The notes under the pieces are model-generated. The model had not been told where the DNA came from. It made no database searches and saw nothing but the letters and a program-made list of their open reading frames with translations. The position numbers were made by a program, and so were the translations under genes. A DNA stretch of 64,000 bases, taken from the NCBI GenBank assembly GCA_004431415.1, contig QPMI01000452.1:124001-188000 (forward strand), in the 5' to 3' direction. The DNA is from Cyanophora paradoxa CCMP329. Its lineage: Eukaryota > Plantae > Glaucophyta. Below, one piece after another: positions 1-12,900 of this stretch; the first letter of the stretch is position 1; each line of letters begins with the position of its first letter.

Positions 1-3000
1 TCAACATCGGAGCCCGGCAGGACGCACATCAGCCCTCTGGCCCCGTGCGAGGCAAACGGGACCGGCAGCGCGTCGTGCAGCTTCGAGTTCCACGTGCGAC
101 TGACGTCTGGCACGCCGATGGAGTCCGTGGCGATTATTGTGCGCTACAACCGGGCCATCGACCCAGAAGCGAGCCACATCGAGCAGTCGCCGTTCAATAT
201 CACCACTCTTTTCCTTGGTCAGCATTAAATTAAATAAATAAGCCCGACACGCGCTTTCTCTCTACTAACTCGGGCGTGACTTCAACGCGCATGCGCAGCC
301 AACACTGTTGCGTGCCCAAGGCAGCGACTGGCTCGCTTTGGCAACGTAACCTGCACACTGTCTCGCGCGACAGGCAGTGCTGCGCTGATACCGTCAGATG
401 TTGCTGTGTATTCTGCCCCATCTTTCGATTACACAACGGTTCGAGCGACCGCAAGCGGAGACCTCAATTTTACAGTGATTGCAGCGAATGCGACCGCACA
501 AGAAGGAAACCTTGTCGGGGTGAGTAGAGGGCGATGTTTTGAACGCCAAAGCGACCACTCACAGCGAGTCCTCTCAGCTTCGCCTGGCGCCGCCGGCCGA
601 CTCCGAGCTGACGAACCTCACCCTGCGCTTTGTGGCAATAGAAGGACGCCTGCACTGCAAACGTGGTCGCGCGCATCTGAGAGCCGTCACTTCGTGTCGA
701 ATTGTGTCCAACAGTAACTTCACTGCTCTCGAGCCCTCGGATGTCGGCAATGCGCTGGCGGATCCGCCGCTCGCCCTTGTTTACACCATGCCGTCAAATC
801 CGTGGACTATAGTGGCGAACAAAATGGACTGCAGCAATTGCCTCGAGTCCTCCCTTGCTGTCCAGATCCCTTCTTCTGCTCGGCTTTCCGTCTTCTGGTC
901 GGCCGCTGTGGGAAGTGCAATCTTGCCTGTCGGTGAAGTTGAGATCGGTATAATTTCGGCGAACCTAACTTGCGGCGACTCGCAACCAAAAACTCGCCGC
1001 GTGCTAGGGCAAACACTTCGCTGCCGCGTTGTGCGCCAGCCGGGCTCGCCGCCGCTGCAGCGATTCGACTTCAACTCCTCTGTTGCCTACGTCTTCTTGC
1101 CGAACGGCACCGTCGCAGACCGGCCCCCGCTACAGCCCGACGAAGCGACAGGCGACCTCGTTTTCTCAACGAAACTCGCAGCAATCGCACGCGAGGTTGC
1201 GGTTAATGTTTTCTTTAACGAAACGCTCTCCGATGTGCAAGTGCATGCTGTAAATGGATCGGACCACCGTGTGGACGTCGTTGCAGCCGCACTGTCCTGT
1301 GTGCCGAACCGCCGCACGGGTCGCTCCTCTTCTGTCTGCACCCTGAAGGCCCTCGAAAGCACCGCCGATATCCTCGTGTCAGACTTTGAGCTGCCGGTCG
1401 TCTCTGCCCCAGCTACAGGCTATCTTGCGATTGGGGCCTTCGCGCAAGATTCGGCCCGCCACATTAGCTTCTCTGTTCGCAGCCTGCAACTTGGCCGATA
1501 TAATATTAGCACGGCATACAGAGCTAGCATTGCGCCGGACCGCTCAAGCGTTGCAGAATCGTCGAGCCTGCCGCATCTTGTGGATTGGATCGGCTTCATC
1601 GAGGCACGCCTGTCGTGCGCCGCGCGCGACTTTGAAGTACGGCAGAGCATGGATTGCCTCCTCTCTCCCGTCAACGGCAGCGCAGCACTTCGGCCTGAAG
1701 AGTTTCTTCCGCCAACATTCTCCCCCTTGGATGCTCAGTTATCTGCCTCGGCTTACAGTGCCGCGCCGGATCGACCCGGCTTTGTTGTCTTCAATGTAAC
1801 CGGCGCTCGCATCGCGGATCTTGCCGCCGTCTCCGTCGAGTACGGGCGTTCGGTAGACGAGCGCAACGACAACACGGCCGGTCCTGTGACTGGCAGCCCG
1901 TATCAATTCTCTGTTCGAGGGCGCATGCGTCTCAGCGAGTGCCGCTTCGTCTTCAATGGCGACATTTACATGCGTTTCAATCTCGACACACTCCAACTGG
2001 GATCGCCAGCCCCTTCAACAATCCTTGCCCCAGCTTCGGCGGCACTTGTCGGCCCAAGTCAGCAAATTTTATTGAATCTTTAAGTTTGCCTCTTTCGTCA
2101 TTGTTTTGGACACTTTATAATTAATTCGATTTGTTGTTTTGGACACTTTATAATTAATTCGATTTGCAGGCGCCACGGCAACCTGGTCATCCACCAAAGA
2201 ACTGCTCTTTGTACTCGGAAGTGACGCAACTATTCGAGTGGGCGACACGCTTCAGCTCGCTGTACCTGTGTACGCCAGTGATGGAACAGGGGACTATGCT
2301 ATGGGCCTTTGCGACGTGCTTCCGCCTGTTCCCATGGTCTATCCAGCGATCGCAATGAAGGCGAGCTAGATTTGCGATATATATAATTACAGTCGGCTGC
2401 TGACAGATCCCGGTCCGTCTATCGTGATTAGGTGCCTGGCGATGTTGCTTGGTGTCGACGGGCTACAGTCACGGCGAGCCTTCTATCAGGATCTGGCAAG
2501 CGCGCCGTCGATGTCAAGTGGGACTGCGCCGATGAAGACAGCTGCGCGATCTCCAGCCTCGTCAGGGACGGACTGCGCGAGGCCTCGGGCAGCGCCGCGG
2601 CACGATCCACGCTCACGCTGTCCAAGGACATTCCGTATGGGCGCAACTACTCGTTGACTGTTACCGCAACCAACTTTTTCGGCGGCGTAACGATCATTCC
2701 AGTTCGAGTATTCAAATCGATGGTACTCCGCCGCTGCTGCAAATGGATGGGGGCACCACTATCCGCACTTTGAAACAGCGTCTGACGGTGCGCGTGCATA
2801 TTCGACTTGCAGCTGCTTGTGTCTAGATCTGCTCTCTCCTCCTGCTTTAAATTTTCATGGCAATGATCAATCTCAATATGCACGTGTTAACCTATTCTTC
2901 CGCGCAGACGCTGAAAGTGCTTGCTACTGCCGTAGACTGCAATGCGGACGGTGCACAATATTAAGAATATTTACCCTTTGTGTATTTCTAGAGCACGTTC

Positions 3001-6000
3001 CGCAAAATCGAACACCTCACCTCCTCTCGCAAATAGAACCGACGGTGCTGGAAGTTGCGACTTCGAACAACCTCTGGATTCGTTCAGCAGGCGTGACCGT
3101 CCGCTGGGTGCTGCCTGAAGTTTTGGCCGCGCGCCTTCCAGGCTCTCTCTCTACGACCAAGCCTGTACTCGTCGTGCCCAAGGGCGTCTTCACTCCCGGA
3201 GAAGTGCGCTCGGAATGCAGTACTATTCTCGATCGGATCGCGAAAGCATTCATTGTTCTGATCCGGTTTTTCTGCAGACTCTGTCTCTCACCGTTATTGC
3301 GACTGACACGACTCAAAACCCGCCCTCATCCTCGTCTCTTGGCGTCACAGTCGTCGTAGGCGAGACGGATCTCGAGGCACGCATCGTTGGCGGGGAGCGC
3401 CTTGTGCCGCCTTTCTCCGCTCTGCGCGTGGATGCGCGTGCGAGCAGCGATCCCGACTACGGATCTCTTAGTAGACTGTCCTACACGTGGCTCGTGTTGC
3501 CCACGGAGTCGGCAACCACGTCCTTCGAGCTTGCGGCACCTCTGTACACCTCTGGTCGGAGAACGGAAGGACTCGCCACCCTGCCTTCCCCTCTGCAATG
3601 GGTGCGCAAAATGAGTTGCTGTCAAAGCCAATGAGTGCTGGCCATAGCTCGGATCCAGCTTCGTTGTGGTTACTTATATTAATAATCACGTGCACACGCA
3701 GGGCTGACGCCGGCGCGAATTACACGCTGGTGCTCCTCCTCGAGTCGCTGCGGCCGACAGGCCGGATGGTGAACGCTACGGCCACAAAGGCCCTTTTCAT
3801 CTCGCCGGGTCCGTCCCCTCCGTCGCGATCTCAGAGACGGTCCCTTCCAACCTGCTCTTCGTGCAACCGGCGAGAGCATCCAGATCCGGTGCGAGGCGGA
3901 GCAAGCCGACAACCCAGCATTCGCAGCCGAAGCAGGCTTCGTCTGGTCGGCCCGGACGGCGAAGAGGAGCTCTTCAACTTATCGAGGCTTGCGATCCGCA
4001 CCTCGGCCCGTAGCTCGACGCTAGTTCTGTCGCCGTCCGCCGTCACGCTCTCTGCGGATCGTACCTACCGCATCCGCTGCTCCGCCTACGCCCAGTCGCA
4101 GGGCGTAGGGAACTCCGGTGCGCGTATACGTAATCATAACCACCTATTGCAGCGTTCATGCTGCGATTTCCGAGATTTCTTTTCAATTTCGGGCCGAGCC
4201 AACCGCTGCGAGTGCAGGGAGCCAGGATGTGGAAGTAAGAAGGATTTCCGGTCCCACGCCAGGCACGTGCTCCATCGATCCGGCCTCCGGCATCGCCCTC
4301 AAGACGCAGGCAAGTTTTCTCTTTTGCCCCAAGCTCAATCATTGAATCTTATAAGCAGTTCGTGATCGAGTGCTCGGGATGGACGTCGCGGTACTCGGAG
4401 ACGCTTCTCTACGAACTCCGCTTGATGAGCCCCACCGGAACATCCGCCATGCAGCTGAGCCAGCCGGCGCAGGCCGCGCGTGCGTCTGCCTCAATTTTGA
4501 ACCTCATCGTGGTGAAGCGTAATAATTATTTGACGTTCTTTATTTTACGGCTCAGTTATCCGCACCCTGCTTCCGGCACCATCTGCATTCTCGAACTCGA
4601 ACGTGACGGTGGCGGTGATTGTGAGCGACCAGCTGACTGGCGCCCAGACGCGTCAGCTGCTGTCCGCAACCGTGTCTCTCGACGTCTCTGTTTTCGAGAT
4701 GCACGCCGCCGGCACTAGTGGCGCCGTCCAAGCCGGCAAATCCGCGATCAAGGACCTGCTTTCCGCCGTCAAAAGTCGCACCGACGCGGTGTTCGAGTGA
4801 GCTGCCGTCGCTAGCGCTTTAAATTCCAGTTGGAAAGCGGCGGCCTGAGCGGGCGCAGGGACGGCGACCGGGAGGCGCTCCTGGCGGCCGTGGCGCTCGC
4901 CTCGTCGACTGTGACGGCGCTGATCGACCGGTCGGTGGGGAGCGCCTCCGTCAACCCGTCGAGCGCGGCGGCCCGCCTCGAGGACGATGAGGTGGAGGCC
5001 CTGGTCGGCCCCCTGCTCGACATGATCGGCGCGCTCGCGAGCTCCAACGGCACCGCTGCTACAAACTCCGAGTTCGTCCAGTCCATCTCTGCCGTCTCCG
5101 CCCTCTCCGATGTAGTTGTGCGGTGCGGAATTTGCGAGCGCATGCGAACGCGCGGGCGTGCGCGCGCATGCGGCGCGCGGCTCGCTTGCGTGTGACGGCG
5201 ATCGCGCAGGACGTCGTCAGCGAGCATGCAGAGCAAGCTGGCCGGTTACCTGAAGGACCTGCTCGGCTCGCTCGACCCGTGCACGAGCATCGAGCAGGTC
5301 TCATCGCTCCTACTCGGCGCGGCCGACTCCTTCGCCTCCTCGACGTCGTGGGGCAATGGCGACGCCACCCTGTCCGAGGTCGTGCAGGAAGCGCTGCGCC
5401 GGTTTGCTGCCCGCGCAGCGGCTTGCAGCGCGTGCGGGCAGGAGCCCGTCGGCACGACCGGCCTCCGCCTCTCGCTCCTCTACACGCGCGTGTGCGCCGA
5501 AGCAACGGGCGACACCCGGATGACGACTGGCGACGGCACCGGTGCCGCTGGCGGCTCCCTTGTGCCAGCCTCCGTCGCGTTTGGTCGAGGCGTTCGCGAG
5601 CTCGTGCTCGCTCAGTCCTCCAACTCCTCTTCTTACACCGCCACAACAACGGCCCACCTGCGCTCGCCCTATCCTACCGCCACCAGCGACTCTTCCGCGT
5701 CCATGTGCGACCGCTTACGATTCCGCTGTTTAATTTCGAAACACATCTAGATTAAAGATCACGTGCACTTTGCAGCAACGCAACGGGCCTTGTGCTTGAC
5801 GTGGATGTGACGGGATTCGATATTCAGAATCTCACCGACCTTATCCGAATCGAGATTCCTGTGCGTGATCATGAATTGAAGCAGTGTCATGAGTGTGGGC
5901 TTTGATTATATAATTACAATTGACGCCACGGATCCGGGCAGTTCCCGCCGGCCTTCCTTCCCACGCTGCCCATGTCCTTGATTTTCTGGAGGGCAAACGC

Positions 6001-6772
6001 CACCGTCAATGCGAACGGCACTGGTGTGGCTTCCATTTATTATTGCGCCTTCATATTTGGATTGCCCATATCGTAAACTTCGATTTCCCGCGCTCGCGTG
6101 TTTTCAGTGAGCGGCGCGTGGGCGATCGCTGGCAACATTACAGAGCTGCAGAACCGTACGACCTCCATCGGCACGGTGCGTACGGACATTAGTATTGGAG
6201 TCCATTGCGATTCTCCAGCGCGCCATGATCACGTTCAGTGCTGACTTTAATTTGGGCGCGCAGTGGTACTTTGTCGGCATCGGCTTCACTTCGTGCGCAC
6301 ATATATGCATTCGCATGTTTCCGGCTTTTTGCACTGACGGGGTCTGCCGCGGTTTGCGCAGCCACTTGACGAGCTTCAGCATCGGGCCCGCTATCACTGC
6401 GCGAAGTGTCGTACCAGGCGGTGCTTCTGCGGGCATGGCAGACTGGCAGACGCCCGGGCCCCATGGCCAGCAAGCCCGAGTGGGGAGGCCGTGCCGCCGT
6501 GGGGCATTGCCCTGATTTGCGTCGGCGCCTTCGCCGTCGTTGTCCTCGTCGTCGTGGTGGCCATACGGGCGCGGCGCCGCGCCAGCAACTCGGCGTGGAA
6601 GTGGCCGGCAGCGGGCAGCCGCGTTCACGATGAACGGCACAGCAATGCACATGCTGATGTCGGCGGCCGCGGCGCCGCCTCCCTGACGGACATTGTGACG
6701 GTCCCGCGGCCGGCAGCGATGACGCAGCCGCTGACAGTCAACGTGACGTCGACAGTTATACAAGAAGCGTAG
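1..6772 (+). CDS. 3' part of a giant multi-exon surface receptor (Ig-like repeats, REJ domain, GAIN/GPS, single TM), copy 1; 5' end lies upstream of the window
   Basis: Spliced exons give repeats of the form A-x-L-x-C...R...C...DF. REJ-like motifs follow: LEARIVGGER...VDARASSDPD...LSYTW and PTPGTCSIDPASGIALKTQFVIECSGW. The GAIN strand DIQNLTDLIRIEIP leads to the GPS FW...W...TSHLTSFSIG, then the TM PPWGIALICVGAFAVVVLVVVVAI-RARRR. Stop TAG at 6770-6772. Several single-base homopolymer frameshifts relative to copy 2. Confidence 0.85.
2101..2166 (+). repeat. Perfect 33-bp tandem duplication at the 3' end of an intron (also at 18319-18384)
   Basis: ttgttttggacactttataattaattcgatttg occurs twice, immediately before the CAG acceptor. 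Confidence 0.95.
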
Positions 6773-7843
6773 AATAAATCGATGACTGGCGCGCGCGCCC
6801 GAAACTGTTCTTCATTTATATATATATATACATTCCTCAGCCGCGCGCCAGGTTTTCATTCGAATTCCCTATAGCAAGCTATTAAGCTGTTTGACAGAAA
6901 TTAAAGAAGCAGCAGATGAAAATAGAATCAAACTTCGAAAGCCACATGGATAGTGACAGTTCTAGTATTCCGTATACGTAGTCGAGTTTCGAATTTCGAA
7001 AACGCAAAATAGTTGAGAGTAATAGACGTCGTAGTTACAGATCGGAAAAGCATGTCTGCAGCTGTGTATGTGCGTAGGTGTTAGAACCTACCTCCAGGTA
7101 ACAGCGAGTCTGTAAACGTAGATTTGATCGATAATACAAGCGAGTCCCTGCGGACCGGAGCAGGCCTAGGAGTGGCCTTAAGCTTGGGTCTTGGGCTTCA
7201 AGGGCCATCGATATCGATATCAAAGCGTGAGGGTGGCCGCTCAATGTTTCTTAAACAGGGTCCCGGAGCGTTTTTTACCGCGCGCGGTTATTTATTACAC
7301 GGGCGAGAGAGCTCGAGAATGAGAAAATAAAAAGCGGGGGCCACTCAAGTAAAAGGGACAGAATTGTGCCGCGAGGGTACGTAGACAGATCAATCTGCGG
7401 ATATGCATGCGGCCGGCCGCGGATCCCGAGTCCGGAGCTTGAATATTAATATTTTAATTGATCATGAGTCGCCAAGTTGGGACTCGCGATCGGGAGTTGG
7501 GACTCGGGACTCGAGCTCGCGATCGGGAGTCAAAACGTCGAGTCGTCGTCGACGTCCGACGGTCGCCACCGTACCGTACGCGTGAGGCGGCGTGACGGTC
7601 GACTGTACCAGCTATAATTTAGGCAGCAAAACTGTCAGTGTACATGTACCAGGCTAGCAGGTAGCATACGGGGCCCGTATTCCGCCGCCCAATCGGCCGC
7701 ATTAGTACCGAGTACAGGGGCCCATTCGCTTGTTTCAGCTGATTACATATATAACGTTGGTTGAGGATCCGGAGGGCTGCCCCCCTGAAACCGGGCGCAG
7801 GCAGGCAGGCGGAGCTGGGTGCGCCGTCACCCCCACTGGTACC

Positions 7844-7953
7844 TAAGAAAGTCTGTTTCCCGGGGGAAACAGTTGCATGTTTCCCTATAGGCGCATGTTT
7901 CCCGGCTAGCCGGGAAACCCGTGCATGTTTCCCCCGGGAAACAGACTTTCTTA
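7844..7953. mobile_element. 110-bp MITE-like palindromic element, copy 1
   Basis: Perfect 28-bp terminal inverted repeat taagaaagtctgtttcccgggggaaaca / tgtttcccccgggaaacagactttctta. The outer TA...TA could be a target-site duplication. Internal reiterated tgtttccc/gggaaac motifs. Confidence 0.6.
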
Positions 7954-8686
7954 AGCCCCAGTGCCCGGCCCTCCCCCCCCTCCCCCTCTAGATCTCCCCC
8001 GAAGAGGACGGGGCGACCGTGGCGCGGCCCCCTCGACGAGGGCGCCCCTCCCCTCCCATCTGTACCCTCCTCAAGAGGGCGGAGGGCAAGGGTGGGGTCC
8101 GGGGCGCGTGAGAAGGGGAAGAGCCCCGAGGCCCCCCCCCCCCCCCCCCCCCAGCAAGGGCGCCCCCTTCCGCCTTCCCCTCCAAGATCCAGATGCCCGG
8201 CCAGGTGCAGCTGCAGATAGAAGAGAGATCTAGAACTGGCACCGCTGCATGTACGTATACATGTGGATCCGGACTGCGAATCCGATCCGATCTGCGTACC
8301 ATTAATATTGCGTATATCTATACGCCCTACGGTAGCCTCTTTTGAGTGGAGCAGGGAGCGCAGGAGCGCAAACGTTTAAAGGAGGGAAATCGGCTCGTGA
8401 TGGGCGAGGGCGAGCGGCAAGTCGTCGGCTCCGGCGCCGGCCTGCCGCGACTCGTGATCAGTGACCGACTCGGCATCATGGCATTAATATTGGCAACAGT
8501 ACTCGCGATCGGCATTAATATTGGCACTCGGCACCGCGTGCACGGAGACGGCTGAGTAACTAATTCTAGCGATCTAGATCTAGAGATAAGATCTAGGTAT
8601 GAGTGCGTGTGCAGCCAATGCCATGATGATGAGCGCGACCACCGGCGCACTGCGGCAGCCGATGATCTAGAGGTACGGGAGCGCAC

Positions 8687-9907
8687 CGGAGCGTCGGCCC
8701 CGTCGACGTCGCTGGCGACTGCAGCGGCATCGTCCAAGGCGGCGGCGGAGGCGGCGTTGCCCTCGAACCCGGCCTCGACTCCCTCGGACGGGTCGTACGC
8801 GTAGGGGGCCATGGCCAGCTGCACGTCGAAGGCGCCGGTGTCCACCTCGGCCGTCTCAGTCTGTGCGAGCACGTGGCGCGCGCGTGCACGTCACGGCGTG
8901 GGTCCGACGGTCAGAAAATGTGCGCGAAACATGAAAATCATGTGCATGCGCGCACGGTTTGCATGTCGGAGTCGAGGAGCGCCTTGTTCTCTTTGGAAGC
9001 AAATTCAATCAGGTTCTTGACGTTCGGCGGCGCGTTCTGCGCGCGCATGCGAAGCGCGCGGGGTTATGAACGTCGCGATCGACGAGCTCGCGTGTCGATA
9101 TATGCGCCGAATCAAGAGATCGAGCTATAGTTCAAGTTAAGGTCCAGGCATGCACATGCTCAAGCACTCACCCAGAGCTCGTCACTAAGAATCTGCGCGC
9201 ACAATTGCAAGCATGATCATGATCAATGAGTCTGAATTTCGAGTTCCGAAGTTCTAATCTTACTGCGCATGCAATGGCAATTTGCAAACTTTACTCCAAT
9301 AACCTCTATGTGTGAACTCGTCCTTGAATTATATAATTACTAATAATTCGTGCGCGAATATATGCATGCAGCCTCAGCCAGCTGCAGCGCTGCAACTTGG
9401 CGCAGCTGCGGTACACTGCAGCTGCAGGCCTCTGGGCGGCGGGCGCACCGTCAACGGGTCCTTGATCAGGTTGCGGGCCTTGTCAATACCCTGATCATGA
9501 GCGCAAGGCGGTCAATTGCAAGATAAGCACGGTCAGGGAAGAAAAGTCTCAATTGCAAGTCTGGATCCGATGATCAGATCTAGATCTAAAGTCTCGCCGC
9601 GGCCGGCGCGTGAAACGTTTAACGTTCGGTCGGGAAATCGACCGCACCCCCCACGCCCAGGCGGCCTTGTTCATGTAGATGACGCCCATTCCCCTCGAGG
9701 TGACGATAGCCTGCGAATGTACACGTTGGTGCGCCGAAGCGGAGCCACCGCGCCGGCCGGCCACGGCCGGGCTGGGATCAATAATATTCCAGGGGCGGCG
9801 CGCGCGGGGCCTGCGCACACGCCGCGGCCATGCATATGGCCAGCTGCAGCGCGGCAGCTAGCTATAGGCGGCAAGCTGAAGGCGTACGAACCGAGTACGC
9901 GCCGGAC
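8687..9907 (-). pseudogene. 5'-truncated duplicate of the hypothetical gene at ~24928-26517, cut at the duplication junction
   Basis: Identical to 24928-26148 but lacks the upstream exon(s) present only in copy 2. Confidence 0.5.
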
Positions 9908-9931
9908 CGAGTCGAACGTTGTCGCTCGGCA

Positions 9932-12900
9932 GGGGCCAGAGTGCGCTGCAGTCAGGCGCGCCTTCGGCTGTACGCCGGCACCCTCTGCTTCCTTGAGAAG
10001 GACGGGCAGTCGGTGAACCTCCTGGCGTCCGACTTCTCGCCCTCCTCTCCCGCCGTGGACAACGCGGCAGTCGTGCTTGGCCCCCTCACCCCCGGAGGCT
10101 CCGGCTCGCAGGCCTTCATCGCCACAACCCAGCTGCCGACCGTCGGGGCGACGATCACTGCCAATTACAGCGACGCGATGGGCGGCGGCGACGTTGCTGC
10201 TGACCGAATCGCCAACGTCATCAAATGCGTCGCTCTGCTTCCTCCTTCCCGTCGTTCCCTGCTCCATACCATCCTGGCGATTGGCGGGCGGAAGCTCCAA
10301 GGCATCTCCAATCAGCCGCTGAGCTGTGAGCGTTCGCGGATGGTCGAGAAGACCTCGGTTCTTTGCCTGTTGCGAAAGCACCCCCTCTCTCCCGACCTTC
10401 TCCCGGAGGACTTCACCGATGAGACAAACCAGCCTCTGAAGGGGAACACCACCGCAGAGGGCAACCTGCTCTTTGTCTACACGCCAGCCAGGCCGAACGG
10501 GTGCGAGGCAGTCATTAGCACTCGACCAGCATTCGCGTGTGGCGTGCAGTGCGCTGACTTTAACTTTGCGCGCGCGCGCCATCGCTGGCAGCCCCGCTTT
10601 GTGTACCAGGTCAACTTCTCGGCCGACCTCGGAGGCGGCGAAGCGGGTAGTACTTCTCTCACCGTTATTGGTGCCGAGTTCACCTGCACGGGAGACAGGC
10701 GCAGCGTGCTTGGCGTGACCCAGTGCAAGATCGCGCCGAAGGCCAACAGCGACCTTATTGAGCTGACCGACATCGAGCCGCCGTTCGCGTCCACAGGATC
10801 CGGCGACGTCACATTCACAGCACTGACAGCCCAGTCCGGCGGCGTGCGATTCAATAGCATCGCACAGCGGGCGGCCTCGAGTGTCATCCTCGCCGTGAAC
10901 TGGGCGGCCTCGGTCGCTGGCGCGCCCTCTCCACTCGGAGCATTCGGGGTCCGCTTGTTTTCCAGCACACAGATCTTAAGATTTCTGCATGCGCCCTGAG
11001 TGCAACTTGAAGCGCTCACCACTCTGCAGCTCGGGGTTGTGGATGCACGCATGGATTGCGGCACACGGGCGCGTGCAGCGTGGATTGTACCCTGCTACGT
11101 CCGCGGACTGGATTCGAGCGCAGGCATATCTAGCAACGATACCTTCGCAGTAGTGCGCCGTCCCAGCTGCAGCATTCATCTAGATCTCGATGTTACAAAC
11201 ATGAATAAATTGCTTCGGCGTCAACGTCGACGTCGGTTGACGGATTGCAATAGGTTTACACGCTCGGCGAGGCTACCTACGTCAGCCGCAACTTCACTGC
11301 AAACAATCCGAAAGAGCTCTATATTGCGCTGCAAATGCCGCCGAGTCCGCTGCCTGGCTCCGATGGCTTTGCAATTATCAACTGGGTAAGTGAATTTTCC
11401 TGTGTATCACCAGGGTTTTGCGACTCGCGTACTGAAATTCAATTCAGTATGGACCCGCATTGGCACATACTACCCTATACCAGCTGTGCGCTTCACTGGT
11501 TTCTCTTTTGCGCGCATCTTTCTTGCGTTAATTTTGATTCGCTCTTTTTGGTGCACCGCAGCTCAATTCAAACTATTCGGTGGTGGCGGGAACGATTTCT
11601 TGCGGGAAGCAGCGCTGGAGGCAGGGCAGCCGAGTCCCCTGTACCGTCACGGGCAGCGCGGGCTCTGCAGAACTCCTGCTTTCAGACCTCGTCCAGCCCC
11701 AGGCACCGGCTCTGGGACCCGTCAGCCCAATCGTTATGCTCACGGCTAACGGTAGCGAGGTCTGTTTTCTTATTACTATTATCGATACATCCAGAGCACT
11801 GCCGTGTTTGAAAGGCGCGGTATCTGATCAGCGCGTGTGCATACAGAATTACGTGTCCTTCAACCTCACGGTCGAGAAGCTGGTAAAAGAAGAGAAGCTG
11901 AGCGTGCAGTACACGGACGCCCTCGGAGGTGGTGAGGTGGATCTCTCGCCGCTCAACTTCACTGTCATCCAGGGAACTATTGCCTGCGAGGTCAGCTTGC
12001 AAGTTTCCTAATATTTAGTTTTAAGGCGCAGTCAATATCAAACTGGCGTCTCATTGATGAAAATATCTCTATACAGCGCACGCGCCTCTCTCCAGGGGCG
12101 GTATCCACGTGCAGCGTTCTGACGGAGGCCGGCTCGCCGCCCGTCATGCCCGACGATCTCGAAGCGCCGACGTCGTCGGACCCGGCGAGCGTTTCTACCA
12201 GCGAGCTCACGGTCGGATTGAACGACTCGGTCTCCTTCTCGTACCTCGCCAAGAAGGGCGTCGTGGACGCGCGCGTGACCGTTATGTGGACGGAGTTCAT
12301 GGGCGGCGGCGAGCTGCTCGCCACCCTCGTCAGCGTCGTCGAAGCAAACCTCTCCTGCAGCCCGCGCGTCCGGCAGAATGCCACCATTCTCTGCGCATTA
12401 CGGCCGTTCTCAGTGGCGCCAGCGTCCCGCTTGCCCTGCAGCTGCGGGTGGAGGACTTCGATGCTTCCCTTAATATTTCGTCGATCGGAAGCTTAGTGCA
12501 GGAGCTATCTCCAGCGGTCAACGGCAGCATGTTCTTCTCGTTCATTCCAGCAGCCACCCTCGTGCCCTTCGTTAACGTCACGGCCTTTTACAATGCTTCC
12601 ATTGCGCCAGTGCAGTTTTCGGAGGTTCCGGGCTCTCCATTTGTTGTCTCTGTTGTCAGTGCAGACGTAGCGTGCAGCAAAGCGCGCGTGGCAATCAACT
12701 CGACATTCGTATGCTCGCTTGTTCGCCGCTCAGGCTCGGCAGACCTCCTGTCCAGCGACTTCGTTGGCCCGCGCCTGGCTGTCAGTGGCGGCGCTGTGCT
12801 CGATACGAACATGGTCCGCTCCGAGCTGCTGTCTGAGAGCGCGGATGGCGTCTCCTATTCCGTCCGCTCGCTCGCACCAGGGGCCAACCTCACCATCAGC

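Larger units (their letters stand above)
1..9907 (+). repeat. Tandem segmental duplication, copy 1 (visible part); matches 16222-26148
   Basis: Read-through identity from tcaacatcggagccc (1 vs 16222) to gagtacgcgccggac (9907 vs 26148). Differences seen are mostly G/C homopolymer indels, plus substitutions near 684 (gcc/gca) and 7668 (a/g). Confidence 0.97.

Noticed and set aside
2000-6500. Frameshifts in receptor copy 1 as pseudogenisation or programmed frameshifting
   Set aside because: They are single-base differences in G/C homopolymers, usually corrected in the other copy, which is typical of long-read consensus error.
9830-9931. ATG at the junction creating a new chimeric 389-aa protein
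   Set aside because: The N-terminus comes from the antisense strand of another gene plus an intron remnant, lacks a signal peptide, and has no supporting evidence.
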